The translations under genes were made by a program, and so were the position numbers. The notes under the pieces are model-generated. The model was not told the origin of the DNA. It saw only the letters and a program-made list of their open reading frames with translations, and searched no databases. Shown here piece by piece: positions 23,701 through 32,481 of a stretch of DNA of 64,000 nt (position 1 is the first letter of the stretch; every line of letters starts with the position of its first letter). The stretch covers positions 62,001 through 126,000 of the IMG/VR virus record IMGVR_UViG_3300034073_005389; one strand, given 5' to 3'.

Positions 23701-23743
23701 GCAAAGTAGCATCATCATCAAAAGATATAGGAAAGTTACTCAT
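17717..23743 (-). CDS. Large virion appendage protein with C-terminal parallel beta-helix (tailspike/fibre-like)
   Basis: 2008 aa; N-terminal MSNFPISFDD anchor; Asn/Cys-ladder repeats (NITGNNC, IQNNKC, ISNNTL, ITGNKI); 7 DGY motifs. Confidence 0.6.
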   Translation of the reverse strand: MSNFPISFDDDATLPIVNDNLTEIGGEAINAVRDAVFNIEQYLGLDGDGTTSSISARLGISLNPDGTIKSSALTSLGLVTLPITNDQISVNAEIPESKLRLDHRTQDLFNYITDLSNGVNSALGWIGVSGSKLEPHLLGMIYRHTLSQIDVTNDPAQLLKNKFRTDRNNASGYAVINDMNTELLEHQFADGSPTVPATLVITNDGSTYPATHAHVSSGIYLNTTRFSTIPQTATDLQQFAEYIDSASIFLLGTRIQNLYSNGISRVSRSSSLLQDGYGQPIVPVTQVTTYLLNNGTASAPVDNINNGDDIIEFTPASNLVSSNAFDAQFAAVKIGDIVRVNYGTVEVPFIIKEKKYIQSVGNKKYVVRVNGKNLKYTTDGYARIDKPLFNINKYGALALSAANNQFNAMPSLIVSNPTGAMALGLGFNPDVFDNSHYSLYLALYPTGNPDDGYTILPAIDVTGNAGASPGKYTLDSIVEATNNAFRQNGYNYRFVAFQYQGEFGIALADPYNNASFSILSGIVDSIGVYDPAATALNFPNNVVGLFAAATFSPVDPLGFGVGGSNIASPPYSATYASPESAQLPTKLFVPLKRNNYYVNGVEKDKLALEPDQVLDTYGDGYWTATIVNRNIVPGPNGRVQTTYRIPYDLETSGLAVGKTLVVQPIENLGLINYGRFIIESLCVTCPPNPSTEITVYDAIHGNGLSPPVSLDGYDGYQVAIYFNSDSVTFNGENASDFSVVGPFKRHFEVYVDQNGKTFTQERGRINISGGNFTVNGATTLFTNTELAKLNIIKISPKLRGYQFGTVNKITLRMLSVTANGLFNGYLCSYDGSNYTQQGPLTFGRLGDVVRFYDETNVDYIDIIFDVNLTVSPVVDGLIDFQLFPTLSLDQEIMLLGTCQVNGVTNKVTHLRDERQFGNTSEKDLTTSALNYIALGEKYLHGNGVIRGFDLEDKGVDPNPNDGQIYLTGGLALVNGKFIAMNDTTVVVPTLKESPASNINWALCVNDKGEYETIPLLDYDPVLNTPSNPNRIFTAYNPVNATTYNLDAVTFSNIINNRKDLAILYVVASTVTLVPVTITLQANDARRYVNDVDTNLILKLTSANAQGNFKNISSIFNWIKYNNSFNGTAVVKGADAITGVINQNILLDFNSNVIIDGLNSALLTFNGLVTFGSNITFKNVTLEFNGGIACNTTLNNVMFDNCDITINTPTVASPANNVIFNVASSDNFKINNCSLTVDYTTSPTATGGAVFRLANATNFDVTESNFTVTYNSPAIDGYVPGDIFTINNCPNVNITNSTFTGYYNQFLRNTNSDGTFLQNLSITSSYDPFSALSPDVYDATTDPLGIADGLPVVTYSVSDYVNTGRGYIYSIVPGTLSNFTIDNCIFNYSPTTSSDNRFSFINFQLSTSNSALKNLKITNCNFNHTLASTVLDVRAAIGIINSSAAGISSQPQPTLFNVNISNNYCNSKQLFAITSQTSSGNMVYPGLVPQNCFVNNNTCGAIGYWTATPNKIDNSTVVNQYSDKESGLNITGNNCHLIYSASSTGIYFAVVGTSGGATVNRCAYPSGVVTIQNNKCNFITTAITYEESSYLQIINNYLTAYSTSVSSTYLISNIYTIGYAIYVGSNKHAIVPTSSPPEGNDVACLIQGNSVCTGYWLQPTTFLPSIYYYNLGYINCQASSIISNNTLKGISLTGSSTFKRLVMVSGLSNTITGNKIYRKDASIGSYIAYRNFESPAWDGSETYGLVVDNILDTPYIDSTTLDESVIDFSSFPNAKDWVIERNKNQTGYGTVPLTNGLQPYWDGSSNVGFQYFVTPTDASMLAANTLNPGLLNEGRSFVLRLVDNAVAATQFAIAYQENLTKYLPNNVKVINIKLGIRKFGYTVDPNSYVKIVLNKYNEVNSSTAYPSLDNFATAGSGDTNVIGTGGTNTAPFDLITAANINTSTFTQYLDIDLTSIDTTTGGPGTTDVTKNYKTSQRYPLSVSGFIFVQRNAGGPFEFLLSPIVVKYRW

Positions 23744-23784
23744 TATTTCACCGTTATATTATATACCTATTATTTACTATTTAA

Positions 23785-24150
23785 TTATTCTTTGTTTTTT
23801 TCGTTTAATGATGACAATTTACTAGCCACCAAAGACTTGATTATTCTATAAAATAATCCTGACATTAAACCAGCTACTAAACCAAAAACAAATCTACTAC
23901 CAGCTGTAGTTAAATCATTAGGATAAGGAAAAGTTGATATTAATAAAGCTCCACCTGAACCTAATAACATAGGCAAAATAGGAAGTATTAAATCTGACCA
24001 CAATTTATATGTTTTAGATTCTTTATCTAATTTAAAATAAGTATTTAAAAAATATTCTATAAATTTTCTAAATACAAACAAAGCTGCCGCAACAGCTAAA
24101 CCAAATACAATAAATTGCCAACTTAAAAGCGTATTTAATATGGGTTCCAT
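23785..24150 (-). CDS. Membrane protein, holin-like
   Basis: 121 aa, three hydrophobic segments and a charged C-terminus; GGAG RBS. Confidence 0.5.
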   Translation of the reverse strand: MEPILNTLLSWQFIVFGLAVAAALFVFRKFIEYFLNTYFKLDKESKTYKLWSDLILPILPMLLGSGGALLISTFPYPNDLTTAGSRFVFGLVAGLMSGLFYRIIKSLVASKLSSLNEKNKE

Positions 24151-24223
24151 ATTATCTCCTTTTAATTAATATGAAGAGTCAATATATTGCTTTTTTATGC
24201 AGTCTTAATTTAATAAATATTTA

Positions 24224-25219
24224 CTATGTAGGAGTTATAGCGATAGAATCTTGTAAACTGGTAGCGTAACATTCACCATCTGTAAAGTATTGTGCATATA
24301 ACATCCACCTACCACCAACCGTAAATGTATTACCTGGTACATATAAAGATGCTACCCCATTTATTGGAATAGCAGTTCCTAAACTAAATACATAGCCATC
24401 TTCTGCCAGAAACTCTACATATCCGTCTGACGGATTATCTAAATTAGTGGCAGTAACTGTACCTACAACCATAATTGGATCTTCTTCTGGAAATACTGTA
24501 CCTCCATCTACACTAATTACAATGCTAGTCGGATCATTTTCAGTAGGAAAAACTAATAAACCAGACATTCCAGTAGGAGTTCGGCTAATATTATAACACT
24601 CAAACCCTTCATAAGTAGCTTGCAAATAATTAGATCTAGTTGCCAATGTAGTATAAGGAGGTATTTGTCCAACTGCCATACCATAACCGTCTAAAGGCTC
24701 AGATCCTAAATCTATGTATTCTGTATTGCTAGTATACAATTTAAAATTTACACTTCCTACAGTTACTGGAACAGCCCTACCAGTAGTAACTTCGGCTGTT
24801 ACTCTTTGAGTATACGCATAACAATAATATGAACCAATAGTAGGAGAAATAATATTAATTGATGTATTTTCTGGTTGTAAACCATATCTGATACTAGATG
24901 TTTGACTGGGAGCAAAAGAATTACTTACTCCTAAATATCTAGCAAATAATCTAACTGGACCAAATACCAAAGTAGCTACTGCAATTCCGACTCCTCTAGC
25001 TCCCAATGTGCCTGTGGCTAAAATATTATTTGTATTTTGGTCTACTATTTCAAAATCTCCAGTAGGATCTGGACCTCCAACAGTATTATTAGTTACTGTA
25101 ACTGAAAAAGTAACTACATCTCCGCAATAAGCAGGAGAAGGAGAAATGCTATCTAGCACAATTGTTGTGCTAGATAAATTTACTGGAGGAACTAACATTA
25201 ATCCAAAACCAATTGGCAT
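24224..25219 (-). CDS. Ig-like repeat (Big_3-like) virion protein
   Basis: Three ~100-aa beta repeats (VTFSVTVT...PTG.F..; VTAEVT...GSVNF; VGTVTA...GYVEF), each ending A.Y; 3 DGY motifs. Confidence 0.65.
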   Translation of the reverse strand: MPIGFGLMLVPPVNLSSTTIVLDSISPSPAYCGDVVTFSVTVTNNTVGGPDPTGDFEIVDQNTNNILATGTLGARGVGIAVATLVFGPVRLFARYLGVSNSFAPSQTSSIRYGLQPENTSINIISPTIGSYYCYAYTQRVTAEVTTGRAVPVTVGSVNFKLYTSNTEYIDLGSEPLDGYGMAVGQIPPYTTLATRSNYLQATYEGFECYNISRTPTGMSGLLVFPTENDPTSIVISVDGGTVFPEEDPIMVVGTVTATNLDNPSDGYVEFLAEDGYVFSLGTAIPINGVASLYVPGNTFTVGGRWMLYAQYFTDGECYATSLQDSIAITPT

Positions 25220-25220
25220 A

Positions 25221-26552
25221 TTACCCACAAACAGTTAATTGAACTACTACTAACCAGTTAATATTTGTCGCTGCAAGCGCTCCAGTATTAATAGAAAGAG
25301 TAGTACCTACGTTAGTAATACTGGGCGGAGTAATACCTCCTAAACCAGCACTTTGAGTATCAAAATACTGAGTAGCGCTCAATGCAGCTACTGTTCCAGT
25401 AGAATCAATAGTAAAACCTCTAGACATATTTGTTTGGTATGCTTCATTCACAGCTGGATTAGTATTTTTACCAACAATTAATATATCTGCTTTTACAATT
25501 GTACTGTTAGGCATTACATAGCTAAAAGCTACTGCCGGAGTAGCATTTGTAGTTAAAGTTGTTGCCCTATAGCTATAAACATATCTAGTGCCTCCACCCC
25601 AAATACTTGGATTTGGAATACTTCCAATAGCAAAATTATCACCATCTGATTGTTTTATATATAATTTTCCAGTACTAGCATAAAGTATAGCTCCGCCAGA
25701 TGGAACTCCTGCTCCTGGGTCAGTGGCTGCATTTTTAATATAAATAACACCGCTTCCAGTATTAGCAGGCATTTGTATATTAGTAATAGGAACAGTATTA
25801 CATAAACTTAATACTAATTGATTTTGAACTACTTCTGCTAATTCTACTAATGTAGTATTAACCCCGCCAGTAGATAACTGAACAGCTCCTTTTAATCCAG
25901 TGCCTCCTCCAGCATTCCCTCCTGAAAGAACTAAAGCTGCGCCATTAAAATTTACATCTGTAGTTGATTGGGCTGTAATATAAAATGAGCCAGCCGGACC
26001 AACATCCATATCATCTTGGGTAATAAACGCTTGTTGAGTTTTTTCAAAAGTTAATTTAGGTCCAAGTATTGTAACATAATTAAAAATTGGATCTCCAGAT
26101 AAATTTTGTACAAATTGATTTGTACTAGTCCCATATAAATCACTACCAGCTGTAAAGGCATTAGTTGCATTATCAGGATACCACCCAATACCATCCCAGG
26201 TTAATACTTGACCTACGGCTGAAGGAATAATTGGCTGTATAGGACTTCCCTGTAGTGCACTAACGGTAACGCTAGTCGCTGTACCAGAAATATCTCCAGA
26301 TAATTGTATAATACCTTTACTAGTAGTAGTAGCATCTGGTACGACAGGCGCTGTTACATAAGTGCTTAATATTTGTAAAGCACTTTGTACTGTAGTTTCT
26401 GTATATCCGTCAAAAGTTATGGCAGGGGACAAATCAATCTGAGTAGCATCATGTCTAAAGCTATATCCATCAATATGGTCTTGAAAATCATATCGATCTG
26501 TAACTAATCTACCTACACCTTTTACATAATTTGGTACTAAAGGATTACTCAT
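25221..26552 (-). CDS. Putative tail/neck fibre protein
   Basis: Fibre-type motifs PDATTTSKGIIQLSGD and GQVLTWDG; Gly/Thr-rich. Confidence 0.6.
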   Translation of the reverse strand: MSNPLVPNYVKGVGRLVTDRYDFQDHIDGYSFRHDATQIDLSPAITFDGYTETTVQSALQILSTYVTAPVVPDATTTSKGIIQLSGDISGTATSVTVSALQGSPIQPIIPSAVGQVLTWDGIGWYPDNATNAFTAGSDLYGTSTNQFVQNLSGDPIFNYVTILGPKLTFEKTQQAFITQDDMDVGPAGSFYITAQSTTDVNFNGAALVLSGGNAGGGTGLKGAVQLSTGGVNTTLVELAEVVQNQLVLSLCNTVPITNIQMPANTGSGVIYIKNAATDPGAGVPSGGAILYASTGKLYIKQSDGDNFAIGSIPNPSIWGGGTRYVYSYRATTLTTNATPAVAFSYVMPNSTIVKADILIVGKNTNPAVNEAYQTNMSRGFTIDSTGTVAALSATQYFDTQSAGLGGITPPSITNVGTTLSINTGALAATNINWLVVVQLTVCG

Positions 26553-26588
26553 ATTATTCTCTCAACATAGTATGCAGGTTTATTAGCT

Positions 26589-28196
26589 TTATAATAAAAC
26601 GATCTCATGGGTATGCCCTAAAGCTTCCATTACTACTAACTGACCATTCTGAACAATTACTGGATGATTATGACCCTGCGAAACAGCGGTAGTTTGAGAC
26701 CAAGTTCCAGGATCTTTTTCGTTTCTAGTAACAGTATGTGTATGTGGGGGAATACCAGTAGTCATTCCAATTGTAGTATTTATTTTACTTGGGAACATAG
26801 ATGTATTTCTAAACACTCTAATTTGATAAGCTGGGTCAAATTTTCTAATTCTTTGTACCCTTAGTTTTTGACCACCTTGCAATTCTACAACTGTATTATT
26901 TCTAGTAACGCCTGCCACCTCATACCTAAACTCTTCATTATCATCCATATCAAACATAACAATAATATCTCTATTTTTAATAGTAGGTACTGTTAATGTC
27001 CATAAATCCATATTGAACTCAGACTCTAATCCAGCTTCTTGCATCTTTAAATTTTCTTCAGCAGGTCCAGGACGAACCATAATTCTTCCATCTGATCTTC
27101 TTGGATTAAAAAACTGCTGATAACCATACACAAATCCAGATCCATAACAATATGGACATCTATCTTGCTGATATTCTCTAGATGGAAGATAGCAATTACA
27201 ACGAATACCTGTTCTCATTCTTTGTATTAAAACAGCAGGTCTACCTGTCACACTTAATAATATTTCTTGTCTTTGATTATTATGGTCTTGTAAATTTAAA
27301 CCACGTAAAATATTCATATTTCCGTAGCCATCTATACATCCCATCTCCCCGCCAATGTAACTACCTACACAAGCTCCTGTTAATAATAATACTGGGTCAG
27401 TTCTATGATACCCGGCATAGTCATACATAGGAAATCCAGTATTAAATTGATCGCTAGCTGCTAAATCAGTGCTCAATAAATCTTTAGTTACTTGTTTGTA
27501 ACCATCTAATAATGTAGATGAGTAATTTGGATATTCAAATCTACATTGACCCATAAAAATACGATCAAATTCTGCTGACTCATATGGAGTAAAAAATACT
27601 ACTTCTGGATTCCAATTATAATATCCATCATATCCACCAACTGTATGACTTCTTGCATCAGTACCTAAAAACCCACGCTGATTAATATCCATTAATACTA
27701 AATTTTTATTTATAGTATCTATAAAAGAATACTCTACTAGCTCTACGCCTATTTTTACAATTCCATAAGAAGGGAAACCTTCTACATCCAATAATGGTAT
27801 TATTAAATCTGTCGAAGAAATATCTTGTCTTAAAATACTGTAAGGATAGGCACGCAAATCATCGTACGCAACTGGTAAAATACTATCTAAATTTAATAAA
27901 TTTGGATTATATTCTACAGGTCTAATTGAGAAAAAATATAACTGTCCAGGTATTAAATCAATAATGTTTGCCTGAGTGCTGCCGTTCAATGAAACGTATT
28001 TAACCCCCTCGGTAAATACATTTTCTTTTATTGTAGAGTAATATATATGATACGCAATCTTGTACCCATCGGCGTACCCATCTGTGTACGCCGGAAACCA
28101 TTTTAAATTAATGGTATAGCCATCTCCTAATGCCGTCACAGCATCGAGACCAACTCTTACTGGGTTAGTATAATTAATATTTGCATAATTAATCAT
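26589..28196 (-). CDS. Putative neck/head-closure protein with FN3-like N-terminus, Zn finger and His-rich tip
   Basis: LKW...YHIYY...YFFSIRP (FN3-like); CNC...CPYCYGSG; C-terminal HTH/HNH/HTH; 6 DGY motifs. Confidence 0.5.
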   Translation of the reverse strand: MINYANINYTNPVRVGLDAVTALGDGYTINLKWFPAYTDGYADGYKIAYHIYYSTIKENVFTEGVKYVSLNGSTQANIIDLIPGQLYFFSIRPVEYNPNLLNLDSILPVAYDDLRAYPYSILRQDISSTDLIIPLLDVEGFPSYGIVKIGVELVEYSFIDTINKNLVLMDINQRGFLGTDARSHTVGGYDGYYNWNPEVVFFTPYESAEFDRIFMGQCRFEYPNYSSTLLDGYKQVTKDLLSTDLAASDQFNTGFPMYDYAGYHRTDPVLLLTGACVGSYIGGEMGCIDGYGNMNILRGLNLQDHNNQRQEILLSVTGRPAVLIQRMRTGIRCNCYLPSREYQQDRCPYCYGSGFVYGYQQFFNPRRSDGRIMVRPGPAEENLKMQEAGLESEFNMDLWTLTVPTIKNRDIIVMFDMDDNEEFRYEVAGVTRNNTVVELQGGQKLRVQRIRKFDPAYQIRVFRNTSMFPSKINTTIGMTTGIPPHTHTVTRNEKDPGTWSQTTAVSQGHNHPVIVQNGQLVVMEALGHTHEIVLL

Positions 28197-28314
28197 ACTA
28201 TAATTAGTATTTATTAGCTTCTTTCTAATTAAATATTATAGAAAATATTTTTAAGTACAGATCTCGACAAATTGGAGAGGATATATTATAGGAGTAGTAT
28301 CTACTATGATCTTA

Positions 28315-28842
28315 TTACTCTACTTTCTTAAGTAGTACAGACTCTAGTTCATCTTGTTTAGATTTGCTTTTTATGTCATGATGCTCTAATAAACCTTCTA
28401 CATATTCTTCAGCATCATCTTCTCCAAAATGATGAGCAATATACTCTAATTGATTTTGAAATCCTTCTTGCTCATATTTATTATCTAAATAACTTCCATT
28501 ATCTGAACTTTGTGTTGGTTTTTCTCCAAAACATTGCTGAAACCAATGAGTGTATTCATGAATTAAATATGAATAATCTGTAAAAAATTCTCCATCAGAT
28601 AAAACTTTGTAATTTATAATTACAACTCCATGATGAGTTTTGGCGCTAACGTCTAAATCACTAAACATAGTAGGAATATGATCAATAATATCTGGTTTGT
28701 GACCAAAGTCTTGACAAACCTTTTTCCATATCTTATCTTTTTTTAAATATTTTTTAGCTCTATCTATTAATTTTAATAATACAGATGGAGAAGTAGCTTT
28801 TACCCTAGATAAAGGTATCTTTTTTGTTTTTTTATGATGCAT
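28315..28842 (-). CDS. Putative zinc metallopeptidase (HExxH)
   Basis: LIHEYTHWFQ followed by YLDNKYEQEGF (third-ligand Glu). Confidence 0.6.
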   Translation of the reverse strand: MHHKKTKKIPLSRVKATSPSVLLKLIDRAKKYLKKDKIWKKVCQDFGHKPDIIDHIPTMFSDLDVSAKTHHGVVIINYKVLSDGEFFTDYSYLIHEYTHWFQQCFGEKPTQSSDNGSYLDNKYEQEGFQNQLEYIAHHFGEDDAEEYVEGLLEHHDIKSKSKQDELESVLLKKVE

Positions 28843-28883
28843 ACTTTTATAAGTAAATAGTCATATTTATATATTTTACGTAT

Positions 28884-29246
28884 ATGAAAAAATATTATGT
28901 CTCTAAATCAAAAATTCATGGATTAGGTATTCATGCGGCAGAAGATTTTAAAAAAGATGAAGAAATTGGTCATGTAGTAGATGCTGTTTCTAAAAAAAAG
29001 AAAAATCATGAGTATTTTACTACAAAAATGTCTAAACAATTAGGCACTTTTATAGAAAGAACAGAATTAGAAAGATATTTAAATCACAGTAAAAAACCAA
29101 ACGCCGTCTGCATAGCAAAAGATAATAAAGTTTATTTATACGCCCTTAAAAATATAGATGAAGGTGAAGAAATAACCGTAAATTATAAAGATGCCTACAA
29201 TACTTTAGATGAGGCTCAAATTATTGCTAATGTAGAAAAAAGATGA
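28884..29246 (+). CDS. SET domain protein (putative lysine methyltransferase)
   Basis: SKIHGLGIHA (GxG), RYLNHSKKPN (RFxNHSxxPN) and ALKNIDEGEEITVNY (EELxxDY) are all present. Confidence 0.9.
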   Translation: MKKYYVSKSKIHGLGIHAAEDFKKDEEIGHVVDAVSKKKKNHEYFTTKMSKQLGTFIERTELERYLNHSKKPNAVCIAKDNKVYLYALKNIDEGEEITVNYKDAYNTLDEAQIIANVEKR

Positions 29247-29261
29247 GCCTAGACAGTAAAA

Positions 29262-30161
29262 TCAGATGAGTCTGCGAGCCCGCAAATGTCTGAGCCTAGC
29301 AAAAGCCGGGTTTATTGCACTGTTCATGCTAAAGACACCAAGTCCTTTAGGAGCAGGGCGCAATGAGTTCTTAATATATTTTAATTTATCATAATATTGT
29401 GTTAATAAACCAGAATATTGAGTATTCATTAAATCGCTGACAGTAGGAGGATTAAAACTTAATCCGTTATCAGTAATTTGAAACTCTCTACCACGCTCAA
29501 TTAAAGCTTTAGAGGCTAAAGAATAGAGAGTGGCTCCTTCTACCAATATTTCTCCAAATTGTTCTACGAAATTATCATCATCAAATTGAAAAAAAGTAAA
29601 GTATGGAACTTGATTAAAATCCCACAATGCTGTAGCAATAAAAGTCACTAACATGTCTACTGAGAAAATATCACAGTCTACATAAATTACGTTTCCATAA
29701 CCATCTACTGATTTAGCTTTACCAGCACTGTTTAATCTTCCGCGTAATGATTTAATTAATTTATTAATATTTTTAATTGCAGCTTGTGAATAATTAAACC
29801 CAGGATCGTCTCCAAGAGCAACATAGCCATCTGTATTAATAGCTGGCATTTGAGTATGAGCCACCACAAAATTAAAAGTAGTTTCTACTCTAAACCCATT
29901 AATATATCCAGTCCAAACATCATTAAATACCCCATAAGGACCGTTATAAGGAACTGTAAAAATATAAGAGTATTTACCATCAGCTACTTGAGCCACACCT
30001 ACAGAAGTAGGCGCTAGTAATACTAATCCGCTTGGTTGTATGATAGATATTTGGGGGTATGAGTCGGTGTTGACAGGGTTACCAGATCCATCTTTAAACT
30101 GGACAACTAAATTTATTTGTTCTGTAACATCAACAAATTCGCCTCTAGCTTTTATAGTCAT
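29262..30161 (-). CDS. Putative head-tail adaptor with Ig-like N-terminal domain
   Basis: Beta-sandwich N-terminus and a helical C-terminus ending in a basic tail; synteny. Confidence 0.45.
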   Translation of the reverse strand: MTIKARGEFVDVTEQINLVVQFKDGSGNPVNTDSYPQISIIQPSGLVLLAPTSVGVAQVADGKYSYIFTVPYNGPYGVFNDVWTGYINGFRVETTFNFVVAHTQMPAINTDGYVALGDDPGFNYSQAAIKNINKLIKSLRGRLNSAGKAKSVDGYGNVIYVDCDIFSVDMLVTFIATALWDFNQVPYFTFFQFDDDNFVEQFGEILVEGATLYSLASKALIERGREFQITDNGLSFNPPTVSDLMNTQYSGLLTQYYDKLKYIKNSLRPAPKGLGVFSMNSAINPAFARLRHLRARRLI

Positions 30162-30202
30162 GGATTATCCTTTGTACTAACACCATTATGGTATTGATTA
30201 TT

Positions 30203-31033
30203 ATGAACAAAATAAATTTAAAAAAATTATCTAAAGAAATACTAGAATATGAATATAAAAGCTGTGGAAGTATGCAAAAAATGGCTGATAAACTAAATGT
30301 GTCAATTGATAGTATTTATAAATATATGAAACTATATAATGTAGATTATGAAATAAAGTATAAAGGAATTTATTATTGCAATAATAATTTTTTTAAAAAT
30401 GAATCTCCAGAATCTTTCTATTTAGCTGGGTTTATTGCCGCCGATGGGTCTGTTCAATATAGGAAATATTCTAAAATATTAAAGATAACATTATCTAAAA
30501 AAGATTTAGAACATCTGGAAAAAATAAAAAAACTATTAGAAAGTAATCATCCTATAAAAGAATATCAAGTTAAAAAAAATAAATTAGTTACTTCTGACAA
30601 AGAATGCGTAGAATTACAAATAGCAAATAAAAATATAGTAGATGATTTAAAAAAATTTAATATTATTCCAAATAAAACGAAAACATATGAAATGCCGGAA
30701 TGGCTGTTATCTCATAAATTTTTAAATCATTTTATGAGAGGATATTTTGATGGCGACGGAACAATTACTCATTGTGGTTTAAATAAAGGCAGAAAAATAA
30801 TACAGTTAAATTTTTCTATTTTAGGTACAAAAAAATTTATACAACAATATAAAGATATTTTATTAAAAAATTGTAAAACAAATGATGCCAAAGTAATAGA
30901 TCATCATTCTATTTACAAAATAAGTTATAGTGGAAATAATGTAGTTAAAAATATATATGATTTTTTATATAAAAATCAAAATATATGCTTGCAAAGAAAA
31001 TATGCAAAATTTAAAACATTATATGGCGACTGA
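30203..31033 (+). CDS. Free-standing LAGLIDADG homing endonuclease
   Basis: N-terminal HTH, YLAGFIAADGS and FMRGYFDGDGT; antisense to its neighbours. Confidence 0.85.
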   Translation: MNKINLKKLSKEILEYEYKSCGSMQKMADKLNVSIDSIYKYMKLYNVDYEIKYKGIYYCNNNFFKNESPESFYLAGFIAADGSVQYRKYSKILKITLSKKDLEHLEKIKKLLESNHPIKEYQVKKNKLVTSDKECVELQIANKNIVDDLKKFNIIPNKTKTYEMPEWLLSHKFLNHFMRGYFDGDGTITHCGLNKGRKIIQLNFSILGTKKFIQQYKDILLKNCKTNDAKVIDHHSIYKISYSGNNVVKNIYDFLYKNQNICLQRKYAKFKTLYGD

Positions 31034-31360
31034 AGCAGAGTAATTACCAAAGGGAGCAGAAACAATAATTTGGTATATTTCTGAATTAACTGCATTGTTT
31101 ACTGGGTTGATATAGCTTACATCAGCTAAGTAGCTGCCTACTGCCGTAGCTCCAGAAGGAAGAATAAATTCATAGTAATATAATCCAGTATCTAGTTTAA
31201 CCATAGGTTGTGGATATCCTGCAGCTAGAGTAAGAGATGGAAAAATAATTCTAGACACAAAGGGAATGGATGGAGAATCAGTTCTGGTACCATAACCATC
31301 TTTTGTTTCTAAGAAGAAACTAGCTTTTTGACCTGGAAAAAAATTTAGTGTTTGTGCCAT
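31019..31360 (-). CDS. Small Ig-like virion protein
   Basis: Resembles the N-terminal domain of 29262..30161 (KDG.G...S.P...G.Y.Y.F..P). Confidence 0.5.
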   Translation of the reverse strand: MAQTLNFFPGQKASFFLETKDGYGTRTDSPSIPFVSRIIFPSLTLAAGYPQPMVKLDTGLYYYEFILPSGATAVGSYLADVSYINPVNNAVNSEIYQIIVSAPFGNYSASVAI

Positions 31361-31400
31361 ACTATTATATATAATTATGCTAATTTAATTATATTAATTT

Positions 31401-31754
31401 GTGGCAAAGAAAAAATGTTTTTGGATAACTAATATGTGTAACAGAAATGTTAGTTTATCTGATTTAAATTTAACAGTAAAAGCTTTTTCTTCTATTAATT
31501 TATTAGATAAAAAGCATTATTACTATACTTTATCACAACTAGAAAAGTCTGCCAAAAGTGGATCTTTATATAAAAAAAGACATTTAATTTCAGTAAGAGT
31601 TGTAGAGCCAATTGTTTTAAAAATGGACATTCCTTTTAGGAAAGAAACTTATATTGATTCTAGAGAAAGATCAGTATTAGAGATTAAAGAAGAAAGTTAC
31701 GAGGAATTAAATTTAAGTGATGAGCAATTTGCCGCTGAAAATTCTGAACTATAG
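31401..31754 (+). CDS. Hypothetical protein
   Basis: 117-aa ORF; weakly resembles the N-terminal domain of the collagen fibre gene. Confidence 0.55.
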   Translation: MAKKKCFWITNMCNRNVSLSDLNLTVKAFSSINLLDKKHYYYTLSQLEKSAKSGSLYKKRHLISVRVVEPIVLKMDIPFRKETYIDSRERSVLEIKEESYEELNLSDEQFAAENSEL

Positions 31755-31762
31755 GAATAAAT

Positions 31763-31936
31763 ATGACAAACAATATTAATAAAAATATTAATAATGAAAA
31801 AATTGCCAAATCAGAAGTTTCAGAGGAAATAATAGATCCTGAAACAATTATTAAATATAATCAATTAAATGAAAAATGTGATAAAGTTATTTGGAAAGTA
31901 AAAGTTAGAAAATCTAAAATTAAAAATGTAGCATGA
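31763..31936 (+). CDS. Small hypothetical protein (57 aa)
   Basis: Read manually: AGGA RBS, MTNNINKN...KIKNVA*. Fills the gap in the plus-strand operon. Confidence 0.5.
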   Translation: MTNNINKNINNEKIAKSEVSEEIIDPETIIKYNQLNEKCDKVIWKVKVRKSKIKNVA

Positions 31937-31943
31937 GGTTAAA

Positions 31944-32237
31944 ATGGCTGAAAGAGTCTCTCTTAATGACATAGTAAATAAGAAAGACCTAGACTTAATA
32001 TTAGAAGTTAATAGAAAAGCTATTGAAATTGAAACTACTGTAGCAGAACAAAACGAAGAAATGACTGGTCTGCTAAATAAATGTAGAGAAAAACAAGATA
32101 AAACAGACGAAAAAGTAGATAAAATATTAAGACAAACTGAAGATTTAAATAAAGATATATTTAAATTACAAGTATTGTTTATATCTGGACTACTAAGTTT
32201 AGTAATCCAGATAGTACAAATTTTTATAAAAAAATAA
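31944..32237 (+). CDS. Coiled-coil protein with C-terminal transmembrane helix (XhlA/holin-like)
   Basis: Heptad-rich region followed by LQVLFISGLLSLVIQIVQIFI; GAGG RBS. Confidence 0.5.
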   Translation: MAERVSLNDIVNKKDLDLILEVNRKAIEIETTVAEQNEEMTGLLNKCREKQDKTDEKVDKILRQTEDLNKDIFKLQVLFISGLLSLVIQIVQIFIKK

Positions 32238-32238
32238 A

Positions 32239-32472
32239 TTAAGCCACTACGATTGGAGCTACCTCTGTTGCCTTAGGTACTCCATTTTTATTTTGACCTA
32301 AAGAAAATTCTACTTTTTGACCTTTATTAACAGTTTTAAATCCTTCTACGCTAATATCTGAAAAATGTAAAAATAAATCTTTTTGCTTTACCCCATTTTT
32401 ATCCCAAGAAATAAAACCATATCCGCGACGGGCGTCAAACCAAACTACTTCACCTACAAATTTATCTGACAT
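32239..32472 (-). CDS. csp: Cold-shock domain protein
   Basis: GEVVWFDARRGYGFI (RNP1), DLFLHFSDI (RNP2), GQKVEF, GVPKATEV. Confidence 0.92.
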   Translation of the reverse strand: MSDKFVGEVVWFDARRGYGFISWDKNGVKQKDLFLHFSDISVEGFKTVNKGQKVEFSLGQNKNGVPKATEVAPIVVA

Positions 32473-32481
32473 AATTTTTCC

